This document shows, piece by piece, positions 1-7,900 of a stretch of 35,571 nt of DNA; within the stretch, counting starts at the first letter, position 1; each line of letters opens with the position of its first letter. Under the pieces are notes generated by a model, which was not told the origin of the DNA, searched no databases, and saw nothing but the letters and a program-made list of their open reading frames with translations. Source of the DNA: a virus; the IMG/VR virus record IMGVR_UViG_3300048924_000196, one strand, 5' to 3'. The translations under genes and the position numbers were made by a program.

Positions 1-127
1 TGCTGCCGGTCCCCATCGACGAGCCAAACCTTTTTGCCATCAAGCGCGAGACCTAATGCGATCTGCACGCCTACCGTCGATTTTCCGACGCCGCCTTTGC
101 CGTGTCCTACCGTGAAAATCATATTGA
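1..127. repeat. Terminal direct overlap (circular wrap-around): 1-127 = 35445-35571. Contains the first 122 nt of parA on the minus strand.
   Basis: Read directly: tgctgccggtccccatcgac...gtgaaaatcatattga occurs at both ends. The parA ATG is at 35566-35564 = 122-120. Confidence 0.95.
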
Positions 128-151
128 CCTCTTTTGGTTATGTTGCACCAG

Positions 152-350
152 CATTCACATGTACATGATCATTCGCATGTACATGCACACGCACATGCGC
201 ATGCACATTCTACCTCGCATGCACAATCAGGTTCACATGTGAATTTACATTAGCATGCACATCTGCATTTACACGTACATTTACATGTACATGTACGTTC
301 ACATTCAAATGTACATGCACATGCGAGTTTACGCAACCTGCACGTGCGGT
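152..350. promoter_or_regulatory. Array of at least 13 CATG-centred boxes (GCATGCACA / ACATGTACATG types) immediately upstream of parA on the circular map. Candidate partition centromere/operator (parC/parH-like).
   Basis: Seen in sequence: ttcacatgtacatg, cgcatgtacatgcacacgcacatgcgcatgcaca, gcatgcacaat, ttcacatgtgaa, gcatgcacatc, ttacatgtacatgtacg, aatgtacatgcacatgc. Its position upstream of a ParA + RHH operon matches type Ib par loci. Confidence 0.6.
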
Positions 351-630
351 AGTACGCGCTGCAATCCCTTTGGTGCAATAATTGACCCGTCAAATAATAA
401 AATCTCGGGTGCGAAATCACATAAAACTATGGTTAATAAAATCAATGACTTATCCGCGTCGCCAGCTGATCGAGCGCCGGCGGCCGCGGCGACGATCGAC
501 GGCAAATAAATGCTGGCCTGAGCAAGCATCACGAATGCCCTAACCGGCACCAGGCGCGCGACCGGAATAAAGGCCCGACCTAGACAAACCCCGCCCGCCG
601 ACTAGCTGGCATGGAGCGGTGGGAGATTCA

Positions 631-1036
631 GTGAGGGGCGTTTTCGTGAGTACAATTCCCGCAAACCCTTGTGAGAGTAAGGCTTGACGACCCCTCACCC
701 CGCAAAGCCTTATGACACCGTAAAACCCTTGCTGCATAAGGCTTTGAAGCCCCTCACTGATAAACTGTGGCCGTAACTTTTGCAACGCCGCCCGCCCTTC
801 TTTCTCTCTCTCTAAATAATTGAAAAGAAAGAAGAAAAGAGAGCATTGAAGGGGGAGGCAGTTCGCGCGGAAGGTCAAAAGATGGGGTGAGGGGTTAGTG
901 AGGTCCAGTGAGGGGTTTTTGGCTAAGCCCTCAGTCCACTCATACCCCCTCACTCACCCACTGAGGGCGTCAAGGCCTTATCCAATAAGGGTTTGCGGCT
1001 TGACCCTCACTCCCTCACTAAAAAACCGTCCCTCAC
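631..1036. repeat. Array of about 12 heptamers GTGAGGG/CCCTCAC in both orientations. Candidate iteron field of a second origin or another protein-binding array.
   Basis: GTGAGGG at 631, 887, 908 (GTGAGGT at 898, CTGAGGG at 961). CCCTCAC at 692, 751, 947, 1004, 1012, 1030 (CCCTCAG at 928). No credible ORF in the region. Confidence 0.55.
791..843. other. Polypyrimidine run, AT core and polypurine run (cccgcccttctttctctctctct-aaataatt-gaaaagaaagaagaaaagagag) in the centre of the heptamer array. Candidate easily melted (DUE-like) element.
   Basis: Read directly. It is strongly strand-asymmetric and the most AT-rich patch of the region, flanked on both sides by the heptamers. Confidence 0.4.
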
Positions 1037-1259
1037 CGTCTTTGAAGCCCCTTTTTCCTTGCTCGACGCTTTTTAATGGGGACACATCAATGCGTTTTCG
1101 TGCCATTAGTCAGGGCATCAAAACGGGCCTCTGAGCGCATCTAATCGCATCAGGCCCATAGGAACAAAAAATCGCCGCGAGCCCGCCAGAAAGGCTGTAA
1201 GCGATCCGCAGCGGCATCGCCGGAAAATGCATGAAAAGCGACCCTTTATGAAAGGGGCG

Positions 1260-1278
1260 GGCGCGGCGGGGTGACTGC
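1260..1278. other. cos: Candidate cos (cohesive end) core: GGCGCGGCGGGGTGACTGC
   Basis: Resembles the P2/186 19-nt cohesive ends as I recall them (P2 GGCGAGGCGGGGAAAGCAC). 11 of the first 12 positions match. It lies in an ORF-free region on the Q-proximal side, as in P2. Confidence 0.35.
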
Positions 1279-1545
1279 TTTTTGGCCGGTTCGAAACCGC
1301 CACAGATTGCAATCAATAGGTTGGGCCTATCGACGGATGTGACTAATAGCCGTCGCCTAACGTTCGTCTGGAATTTGTAACGTTTACTACGTTGACGGTC
1401 GCTGCGCGCGCCGACCGCGTAAACCGTGCAACAAGCGCCCGCCGTGTCGTGGAACATCGCCGTCGAGAATGACGGATCGCCAATCGTCTCAATGATTTGA
1501 GCGGCACCGAAGTTTGCCGCCCGATGTTTCACGGGGACCGGTATA

Positions 1546-1562
1546 ACCCGGAAAATGTTGGG
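1546..1562 (-). repeat. Inverted copy of the RepA iteron (acccggaaaatgttggg)
   Basis: Reverse complement cccaacattttccgggt matches the direct iterons at 1753-1808. Confidence 0.6.
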
Positions 1563-1680
1563 ATAAGGGCGGTCAACCAACGGTGTCGGAGCAGGGCGCT
1601 TTCTGTTGCATGCCTAGGTTTCGGGGGGTAGGTTCGGCCTCTGTCTCCAAGATTTTCGCGCGGCGCTTCGCACGCGCGGT

Positions 1681-1710
1681 TTCTTAAACGTTTCGTATAC
1701 GTTTTTAGAT
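1681..1710. other. AT-rich patch with small palindrome (aaacg-N9-cgttt) next to the iterons. Candidate DNA unwinding element of oriV.
   Basis: ttcttaaacgtttcgtatacgtttttagat read directly, 40-70 bp from the iterons. Confidence 0.35.
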
Positions 1711-1748
1711 GCCCGCAAACCGTTGCTGGTATTGGGTTTGCAGGGAGC

Positions 1749-1808
1749 TATTCCAACGTTTTCCGGGTTTCACCAACGGTTTTCCGGGACTAGCCAACAT
1801 TTTCCGGG
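1749..1808 (+). repeat. Three direct iterons CCAAC(G/GG/A)TTTTCCGGG spaced 20-21 bp apart (oriV of RepA)
   Basis: ccaacgttttccggg at 1753-1767, ccaacggttttccggg at 1773-1788, ccaacattttccggg at 1794-1808, directly upstream of a Rep_3-type gene. Confidence 0.85.
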
Positions 1809-1810
1809 TG

Positions 1811-1843
1811 CTATCCACAGGCCGGGTAGGGCGGTTATCCACA
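1811..1843 (+). promoter_or_regulatory. Two DnaA boxes (CTATCCACA at 1811-1819, TTATCCACA at 1835-1843)
   Basis: One exact and one 8/9 match to the DnaA box consensus TTATCCACA, adjacent to the iterons. Confidence 0.75.
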
Positions 1844-1910
1844 GTGCCCACTATTGACCGTTGATGTTGGAATACGCACAATCAGACAGCCAACTGACAA
1901 TGTTGGAATG

Positions 1911-1929
1911 ACCCGGAGAATGTTGGAAT
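1911..1929 (-). repeat. Inverted iteron overlapping the repA start codon (probable autorepression operator). TGTTGGAAT also at 1865 and 1901.
   Basis: The reverse complement of acccggagaatgttggaat is attccaacattctccgggt, which resembles iteron 1 with its flank (attccaacgttttccgggt). Confidence 0.6.
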
Positions 1930-2686
1930 GCGAAGACAACGAGCCGCGCTCGTGATGAACCCAGATGCGCCAGTGGCAGAAAAAAACGTCAACATGAGCA
2001 ACGCACTGATCCGCGCTGCTCACTCGCTGTCTCTGTCAGAGAAACGGCTTGTATGTGCGTGCATCTCGAAAATCGATTCGCTGCCCGCGCATGCGCCGAT
2101 TGTCCGTAACGGTGCCTGGACGGTGCGCCTGTCTGCGGCAGAGTACGCGGAGACATTTGAAGTCGACTTGAACACCGCTTACGAGCAATTGCACGGCGCG
2201 AGTGAAAACCTGTTTCAGCGTCATATCCGCGTGATGCGCGACACGAGCAAAGGGCCGAAAGAGAAAAAATTCCGATGGGTCGGCGGCGTCGAATACCACA
2301 AGGGCGAGGGATGGGTGGAGCTGCACTGGTGGCATGAAGTCGTGCCGCACCTGTACGGCTTGCGAAAGGAATTCACGTCTTACAAGCTGCGGCAGGCGGC
2401 GGCGCTGCGATCTGGGTATAGCTGGCGATTGTTCGAATGCTTCCAGTCGTGGAAGTCGACCGGGCAATACACGCCAACAATTGAAGACTTCCATAGGGCT
2501 ATGGACACGCCTGAAAGCGTTATGCGTGACTTTAGCCTTTTGCGTATGCGCGTGATTGAACCGGCTGTGTCCGAACTGCGCGAAAAGAACGGACTTGAAA
2601 TCGAATGGTCGACGCGCAAGGCCGGTCGAAAGGTGATCGGCCTCGAATTCAGGTTCAAGCCTGATCCGCAAACGAAACTGTTTTGA
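1928..2686 (+). CDS. repA: Iteron-type plasmid replication initiator RepA (Rep_3 family)
   Basis: N-terminal NALIRAAHSLSLSEKRLVCACISKID matches the Rep_3 signature (N-L-I-x-A-x-y-x-L-s-x-x-E-x-R-L). About 250 aa, preceded by iterons and DnaA boxes. Start uncertain: ATG at 1928, 1955 or 1994. Confidence 0.85.
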   Translation: MRRQRAALVMNPDAPVAEKNVNMSNALIRAAHSLSLSEKRLVCACISKIDSLPAHAPIVRNGAWTVRLSAAEYAETFEVDLNTAYEQLHGASENLFQRHIRVMRDTSKGPKEKKFRWVGGVEYHKGEGWVELHWWHEVVPHLYGLRKEFTSYKLRQAAALRSGYSWRLFECFQSWKSTGQYTPTIEDFHRAMDTPESVMRDFSLLRMRVIEPAVSELREKNGLEIEWSTRKAGRKVIGLEFRFKPDPQTKLF

Positions 2687-2706
2687 AATGGCTTAACAAG
2701 GATCGG

Positions 2707-2739
2707 AAAAGCCCCGCCTTAACAACGCGGGGCCTTTTA
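2707..2739. terminator. Bidirectional rho-independent terminator between convergent repA and Q. The CTTAACAAC motif forms its loop.
   Basis: aaaa-GCCCCGC-cttaacaac-GCGGGGC-ctttta: 7-bp GC stem with A-run and T-run flanks. Confidence 0.8.
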
Positions 2740-2740
2740 T

Positions 2741-3820
2741 TTACTTCGCGACCCCTTGCGCCGGAATAATCCGGTACGTGTTGAACCGCACAACCTCTTC
2801 GCCTGCGAAGTCATTGAGAGCCGTGAACCGGCGCTGCAATGGCTCAATCTCGTTCGTGGCAAACACAGCGGTGGCAGTGTCTGATGCGCCCATGCCGCCT
2901 GACGTGCCTTGCGCCGGTACGATGCCGATCAATTGGCCCGGTATGCGGTGCGCCGCAAGCAAGTCGTCACGAGTAACATTCTTGATGTTAAAGAACTCGT
3001 CTTTGGCGCTCGCCTCACTCAGCGGAATCAATTTGATGGAATCCGGCTTGCCGCCCGGTGCATACATGAACAGGTTTTTCCATGCGCCGATACCCTTACC
3101 CGATTTGAACGCGTCCCGAAGCCGGTCAATGTCATCTTGCGATTGCCCCGCATCCGACATGTAAAAGATGTAGCCCGAACTGCCGCCGCGCTCGTGATAC
3201 TTGCGCCGGAACAGCGTAGCCGATTCGTTGAGCCACGCACTGTTAAGCGCGCCCAAGTATTCCGGCAAGCCGTAGACCTCTTGGTTAATGTCCGGCTCCA
3301 TCATGTGATGCAGTTCGGGAAACTCGTATTCGATCTGCGTCGCCGCGCTGATCTGCAAGAATCGCTGAAGATCGGTCGTGCGACGCACGTATTTCGATGG
3401 CGCACGTTTGAATGCCATCGTGCCGCCAAGCCTGTTCTTTCTCGGCTCCATATAGCCGTTGCCAAACACGAGGTAATCAAGCGCCCACTTGTCGAATTCC
3501 TCGCGCGACAGAAGCTTATGAGGGATGAACGTAGAGGAAAGCACGTTACGTTTGAAGTAGATCGCGCTCGAATGATGTACGCCCGCGCGGAACGATTTCG
3601 AGAGCCCCGAAAACGAGATCGGCGGTTCGTACCATTGGCCGTTCGACCACGCTTGCACGTAGTCGAGAATTTCGGCGCGGTCCATGACGGGTATCGGATC
3701 GTCAAACGAGAATGCCTCAACGCGTGCCGGTGCGTGCTCGGCGCTGTCCGGTCGTGCGCCTGGTGAGGGTGCGGACATATCTGCGTTGATGGTCGTGGCG
3801 CGCATGCGTCGCTTGCTCAT
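2741..3820 (-). CDS. Q: Portal protein (P2 gpQ-like)
   Basis: 359 aa. Overlaps and is co-oriented with the terminase large subunit, divergent from O-N-M-L as in P2. Size matches gpQ. Confidence 0.85.
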   Translation of the reverse strand: MSKRRMRATTINADMSAPSPGARPDSAEHAPARVEAFSFDDPIPVMDRAEILDYVQAWSNGQWYEPPISFSGLSKSFRAGVHHSSAIYFKRNVLSSTFIPHKLLSREEFDKWALDYLVFGNGYMEPRKNRLGGTMAFKRAPSKYVRRTTDLQRFLQISAATQIEYEFPELHHMMEPDINQEVYGLPEYLGALNSAWLNESATLFRRKYHERGGSSGYIFYMSDAGQSQDDIDRLRDAFKSGKGIGAWKNLFMYAPGGKPDSIKLIPLSEASAKDEFFNIKNVTRDDLLAAHRIPGQLIGIVPAQGTSGGMGASDTATAVFATNEIEPLQRRFTALNDFAGEEVVRFNTYRIIPAQGVAK

Positions 3821-5643
3821 GAAAACTCCATAATGGATTCGGGGCGGCTGTCAGCGCCCGCAAAGGGTTCGTTATCTAGTGCGTGCATCAACGACCACGC
3901 TACATCAGCATGTCCGACCTCTTTGCTACGCGATGCCTCGTATGTGACCTTTTGGCCGGATGCCGTCATGGTCTTTTTGATCGAGAGCAGAGAGGCGGAA
4001 ACATCCGTCCATGACGTGTCGTACTCAAGACGGCCTTTCGTGATGATGTTGAGCGCCTTAATAACAAGGCGCGACTTCACTTCCGGCGAATACGTGATTG
4101 CGACGACACGAGGGAAAAACATCTTGACGTTCTGGTGAACGCCATGCCCGATACCCGTTACGTCGATGCCGATATACGTGACGTTGTATTGAAGGGTGAT
4201 GGCTTTGATTGCTGCTGCTTGCGCTTCGAAGTCCATGCCCCTGAATTGCTGGCGATGGAGCAAGCGAAACTTGCCGCCCGGTACATCAGGCGGCGCAACG
4301 ACAGTCAACGCGGCACTGTCGCCGCTCAACGCAGGGTCATAGCCAACCCATACCGGTTTATTACCGAACGGGCGGGGCATGAGCGGCTTGAAATCGTGCG
4401 ACCACACATCCCATGAATCGACCATGCATCGCTGCAACTCCGCGAGCGAGAACAGCGATTCCCCCTCGTCCAGAAAGTTGCACATGTATAGCTGCTCGAA
4501 GTCGCGCGGATTGTTCTCACGCAAAATCTGTTCGAGCGTGACGAGATTAAGACCGGCTGCAAGCGCGTCTTTGATCGTGCAAATCTGTCGCCAGTGGTAA
4601 TCGCTGCAAAGCATGCCCTTAACAAGGCGCGCATGCGATGTATCGATGGCAACGTGATCGGCTTTCGGTCGACCTTCGTTATAGTTTTCGCCGGACCATA
4701 CGCGATAGTACGGATGCGCTTTTGATGACGGCGTGGTGAAGAACGTTTTCCGAAAGCGCGTATGAGTCGCCATAGCGCCAGCAAGCTTGTACATTTCGTC
4801 AAACTTGGGCAACCATCCGCATTCATCGATATAGCAATCGGCGGGGCGTCCCTGTGCGGTGCGGCTGTTCGTGCCCAAGTAGTGCATGGTGGCGTTGCCG
4901 CCTTTCGCCCCAACGCCCTTAATTGTGATCGTGTCGCCGCCCGTTAATTCGCGGTCCAGCACTTCCGCAATGAAGTTCTTCTGATAGCGCTGGAATTGGA
5001 ACGCCTGAGCTTTTGACGCGGAGATAAACGCTTGATCGTTGCCGGTCGTAATGCAACGATCAAGCGCCTCGTGCGCGAAGTAGAACGTCGCGCCGATCTG
5101 ACGCGACTTGAGGATATTCCGCTGACGTTCAGACCCGGCGCGATACCAAACCTTCTGATAGTCGAATATGGTGTCCATGAATGCCTCATGGATTTTCTTG
5201 ACCTCTTCGTCCGTGAACTCGTTTCCGATTTCCTTGCGCGGTGCCTTGCGAGCCTTAACAAGGCGCTCGGCCACGTTCGGGTTCAAGTCGCTCTCTTTCC
5301 CCGTTTCGCCGTACTTGTTCACGCGTGCAGTGCGCTCAACCTGCCGCATTAGCAAGTCAATCTCTTTGAAGTCGCCGCCCGTCTTTACCTCTTTCGCGAT
5401 CAGCATGCAAAGGCGCGTCTCAATGGCGCTCTCAACCTTTTGCAATGGCGTTGCTTCGTCCCATTTATCGCGCTGCTTCCATGCTTCGATAGTGGGGCGC
5501 TTGATGCCAAGGTGCTTTGAGATGGACGTGACGCGCCACCCCTGCCAATACAGGGAGCGCGACATCTTTCGCGGGTCCATGATGTCTTGCGGCGATTTGA
5601 TGGCCGGTTCGTCGTCGCGTTCGTGGTGAGCGGCATTTTCCAT
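3817..5643 (-). CDS. P: Terminase large (ATPase/nuclease) subunit (P2 gpP-like)
   Basis: 608 aa. KSRQIGATFYFAHEALD ATPase motif typical of gpP. N-terminal HTH segment (ISKHLGIKRPTIEAWKQRDKW). Confidence 0.9.
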   Translation of the reverse strand: MENAAHHERDDEPAIKSPQDIMDPRKMSRSLYWQGWRVTSISKHLGIKRPTIEAWKQRDKWDEATPLQKVESAIETRLCMLIAKEVKTGGDFKEIDLLMRQVERTARVNKYGETGKESDLNPNVAERLVKARKAPRKEIGNEFTDEEVKKIHEAFMDTIFDYQKVWYRAGSERQRNILKSRQIGATFYFAHEALDRCITTGNDQAFISASKAQAFQFQRYQKNFIAEVLDRELTGGDTITIKGVGAKGGNATMHYLGTNSRTAQGRPADCYIDECGWLPKFDEMYKLAGAMATHTRFRKTFFTTPSSKAHPYYRVWSGENYNEGRPKADHVAIDTSHARLVKGMLCSDYHWRQICTIKDALAAGLNLVTLEQILRENNPRDFEQLYMCNFLDEGESLFSLAELQRCMVDSWDVWSHDFKPLMPRPFGNKPVWVGYDPALSGDSAALTVVAPPDVPGGKFRLLHRQQFRGMDFEAQAAAIKAITLQYNVTYIGIDVTGIGHGVHQNVKMFFPRVVAITYSPEVKSRLVIKALNIITKGRLEYDTSWTDVSASLLSIKKTMTASGQKVTYEASRSKEVGHADVAWSLMHALDNEPFAGADSRPESIMEFS

Positions 5644-5798
5644 GCACGCATTGTCGTGCTTCTAACGGGCAGATAGTTGACCTGTCAGATGTCCCGGAAG
5701 CGCTTACAAACGCCGCACGTTGGCGGAAATTAAGGCCGCGTCCATGATGGTGATTCGCGGAATTAGTCCGTGTCCCTTAACAACATTCTGGAGTGAGC

Positions 5799-6752
5799 AT
5801 GATGAAAAACCCGTGGCGCGTCGCGTTGATGGGCGTTGCATTGGCGGCGCTGGCGTGCGTGGCGCAAGTGGCGTTCGCGCACAACCTTGTGCCGGTCGAC
5901 GTGATGGGCGCGGCTGGCGTGGCGCTGATGGGCGTTGGTAGCACGGCAAGCGTTGACCTTGCAAAGTCGAAGATGTTTCGCGTTGCTGTCGAGGGTGCAA
6001 CCATCGACGGGCGCACCATCGACCGGGCATGGTTGACGCAAGCGGCGGCGCAATATAACCCGACCGTCTACGGCGCGCGCGTGAACATGGAACACATCCG
6101 TGGTTACAGCGCTAACAGCGACTTCAAGGCGTACGGCGACGTGCTGGAGCTGTCGGCAAGCGAGATTACAGAAGGTCCGCTTAAGGGAAAGATGGCGCTA
6201 TACGCGTCGATTCAACCGACAGCCGATCTGGTGAAGCTTAACAAGGCAGGCCAAAAGATCTATACCTCGTGCGAGTTCAACCCGTCGTTTGCTGACACAA
6301 AGCAAGCCTATCTGACGGGCTTGGCCGTGACGGACAACCCGGCATCGCTCGGAACTCAAGTCCTTTCTTTCTCCGCTGCACATCCGACGACGAACCTTTT
6401 TTCGGAAGCGCTGGAAACGTCCATCGAGTTCGAAGAACAGAAAACGTCGATCGTTTCGGAACTGCTGTCGAAGGTCACGGCAATGCTGTCGAAGAAGCCG
6501 GATACGCCGGAAGTCGCAAAGCATTTCGCTGACGTGTCGGAGGCTGTCGAAGCCGTTGCGAATCACTCGGCACAGCAGGCGACGGCCATCGAAAATCTGT
6601 CGTCGCAACTCGCGACGGAGAAGGCGCGCGGCGACAAGCTCGCGACGGAATTCAGTGAACTCGTGCAGAAGCTCAACGCGACGGACGGCGGCGCACATCG
6701 CCCGAACGTCACGGGAAACGCGGGAGGCGGCGCAGCAGTAACCGACTGCTGA
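5799..6752 (+). CDS. O: Capsid scaffold/protease (P2 gpO-like) with an unusual hydrophobic N-terminal extension of about 58 aa
   Basis: From SKMFRVAVEGATIDGRTI... onward it aligns with gpO as I recall it (FFRIGVEGDTCDGR, VNMEHIRGY, YTSCEFNPSFA, LAVTDNPASLGT). GGAG at 5790-5793 precedes the ATG at 5799. Alternative start ATG at 5973. Confidence 0.85.
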   Translation: MMKNPWRVALMGVALAALACVAQVAFAHNLVPVDVMGAAGVALMGVGSTASVDLAKSKMFRVAVEGATIDGRTIDRAWLTQAAAQYNPTVYGARVNMEHIRGYSANSDFKAYGDVLELSASEITEGPLKGKMALYASIQPTADLVKLNKAGQKIYTSCEFNPSFADTKQAYLTGLAVTDNPASLGTQVLSFSAAHPTTNLFSEALETSIEFEEQKTSIVSELLSKVTAMLSKKPDTPEVAKHFADVSEAVEAVANHSAQQATAIENLSSQLATEKARGDKLATEFSELVQKLNATDGGAHRPNVTGNAGGGAAVTDC

Positions 6753-6830
6753 TCACATCAACGCATCACAGATTCGCATTGCTTTAGCACAACCTTCTTA
6801 ACAAGACGCCCCAACGGGCACGGAGTATAA

Positions 6831-7838
6831 ATGCGCAACGAAACCCGCGTTCTGTTCAATGCCTATCTGGCTGCAGTCGCGAAGCTCAACGCAGTGCAAT
6901 CGGTTACGGAGAAGTTCGCCGTTTCGCCGTCCGTCCAGCAAACGCTGGAATCGAAGATTCAGGAAAGTTCGGCTTTCCTGAAATCGATCAACATGATCCC
7001 CGTGCAAGAGCAGTCGGGGTCGAAGCTCGGGTTGGGTATCGGCGGCCCGATTGCCAGTACCACCGACACGAAGACCAAGGATCGCGTGCCGACGCAGCCG
7101 ACCACGATGGACGAAAACGGCTTCGTGTGTCAGCAGATCAACAGCGACACGGCGATTCCGTACGCGCTGCTTGACTCGTGGGCGATTTTCCCGGACTTCC
7201 AGACGCGTGTTCGCGATCAGATCATCAAGCGTCAAGCGCTCGACCGTATGGTTATCGGCTTCAACGGAACGAGCCGTGCGGCTACTTCGGATCGCGCAAC
7301 GAACCCGCTGTTGCAGGACGTAGGCAAGGGCTGGCTTCAAAAGCTGCGCGAGCAGGCGGCGGCGCGTGTGCTGAAAGAAACGACCGAAGGTAGCGGCAAG
7401 GTGACGGTAGGCGCGACAGGCGCTTACAAGAACCTTGATGCGCTCGTGATGGATGCGATCAACGATCTGTTGGACCCGTGGCATACGGAAGCGCCCGACC
7501 TCGTTGCGATCTGCGGGCGCGGCTTGCTGCAAGACAAGTATTTTCCGCTCGTCAACCAGTCGCAACCCAACACGGAAACGCTCGCCGCTGACGTGATCAT
7601 GTCGCAGAAGCGTATCGGCGGCGTGCCCGCAGTGACGGTGCCGTATTTCCCCGCCGGAAAGGTGCTGGTTACGTCGCTGTCGAACCTGTCGATCTACTAC
7701 CAGAACGGCGGGCGTCGCCGCACCATCGTCGACAACGCAAAGCGCGATCAGATCGAAAACTACGAATCGTCGAATGACGATTACGTTGTCGAAGACCTCG
7801 GCAAGTGCGCGCTCGTGGAAAACATCACCGCAGTATAA
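6831..7838 (+). CDS. N: Major capsid protein (P2 gpN-like)
   Basis: MRNETRVLFNAYL..KLN, IASTTDT, SDRATNPLLQDVGKGWLQK, LDALVMDA, QKRIGGVPAVTVPYFP and ENYESSNDDYVVED all parallel gpN. Confidence 0.95.
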   Translation: MRNETRVLFNAYLAAVAKLNAVQSVTEKFAVSPSVQQTLESKIQESSAFLKSINMIPVQEQSGSKLGLGIGGPIASTTDTKTKDRVPTQPTTMDENGFVCQQINSDTAIPYALLDSWAIFPDFQTRVRDQIIKRQALDRMVIGFNGTSRAATSDRATNPLLQDVGKGWLQKLREQAAARVLKETTEGSGKVTVGATGAYKNLDALVMDAINDLLDPWHTEAPDLVAICGRGLLQDKYFPLVNQSQPNTETLAADVIMSQKRIGGVPAVTVPYFPAGKVLVTSLSNLSIYYQNGGRRRTIVDNAKRDQIENYESSNDDYVVEDLGKCALVENITAV

Positions 7839-7900
7839 GCAGTCTCGTGGCGGGCGCTTGTTAAGGCCCGTCTCTTAAAACCCAACTTCCGGATAGAACA

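Noticed and set aside
1-127. Terminal direct repeat as an LTR, IS end or att duplication
   Set aside because: The repeat is an exact copy of the 5' part of the parA coding sequence and continues the reading frame across the junction. This is what a circular molecule linearised with an overlap looks like. It is not a target-site or att duplication.
152-350. CATG repeat array as a possible CRISPR array
   Set aside because: The units are only 6-11 bp, degenerate and contiguous. There are no unique spacers of 25-40 bp, and no cas genes are present.
255-550. ORFs 255-509 (+) and 329-550 (-) in the parA upstream region
   Set aside because: The plus-frame translation (MHICIYTYIYMYMYVHIQMYMHM...) is an artefact of the ACATG/TACATG repeat periodicity. 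There is no Shine-Dalgarno. The region is better explained as a centromere/operator array.
540-1580. ORFs 540-953 (-), 898-1134 (+), 1110-1580 (-), 1118-1312 (-)
   Set aside because: They lie in the repeat-rich non-coding region (heptamer array, candidate cos). They lack ribosome-binding sites, have low-complexity Arg/Pro/Ser/Leu-rich translations, and start on non-ATG codons in the track.
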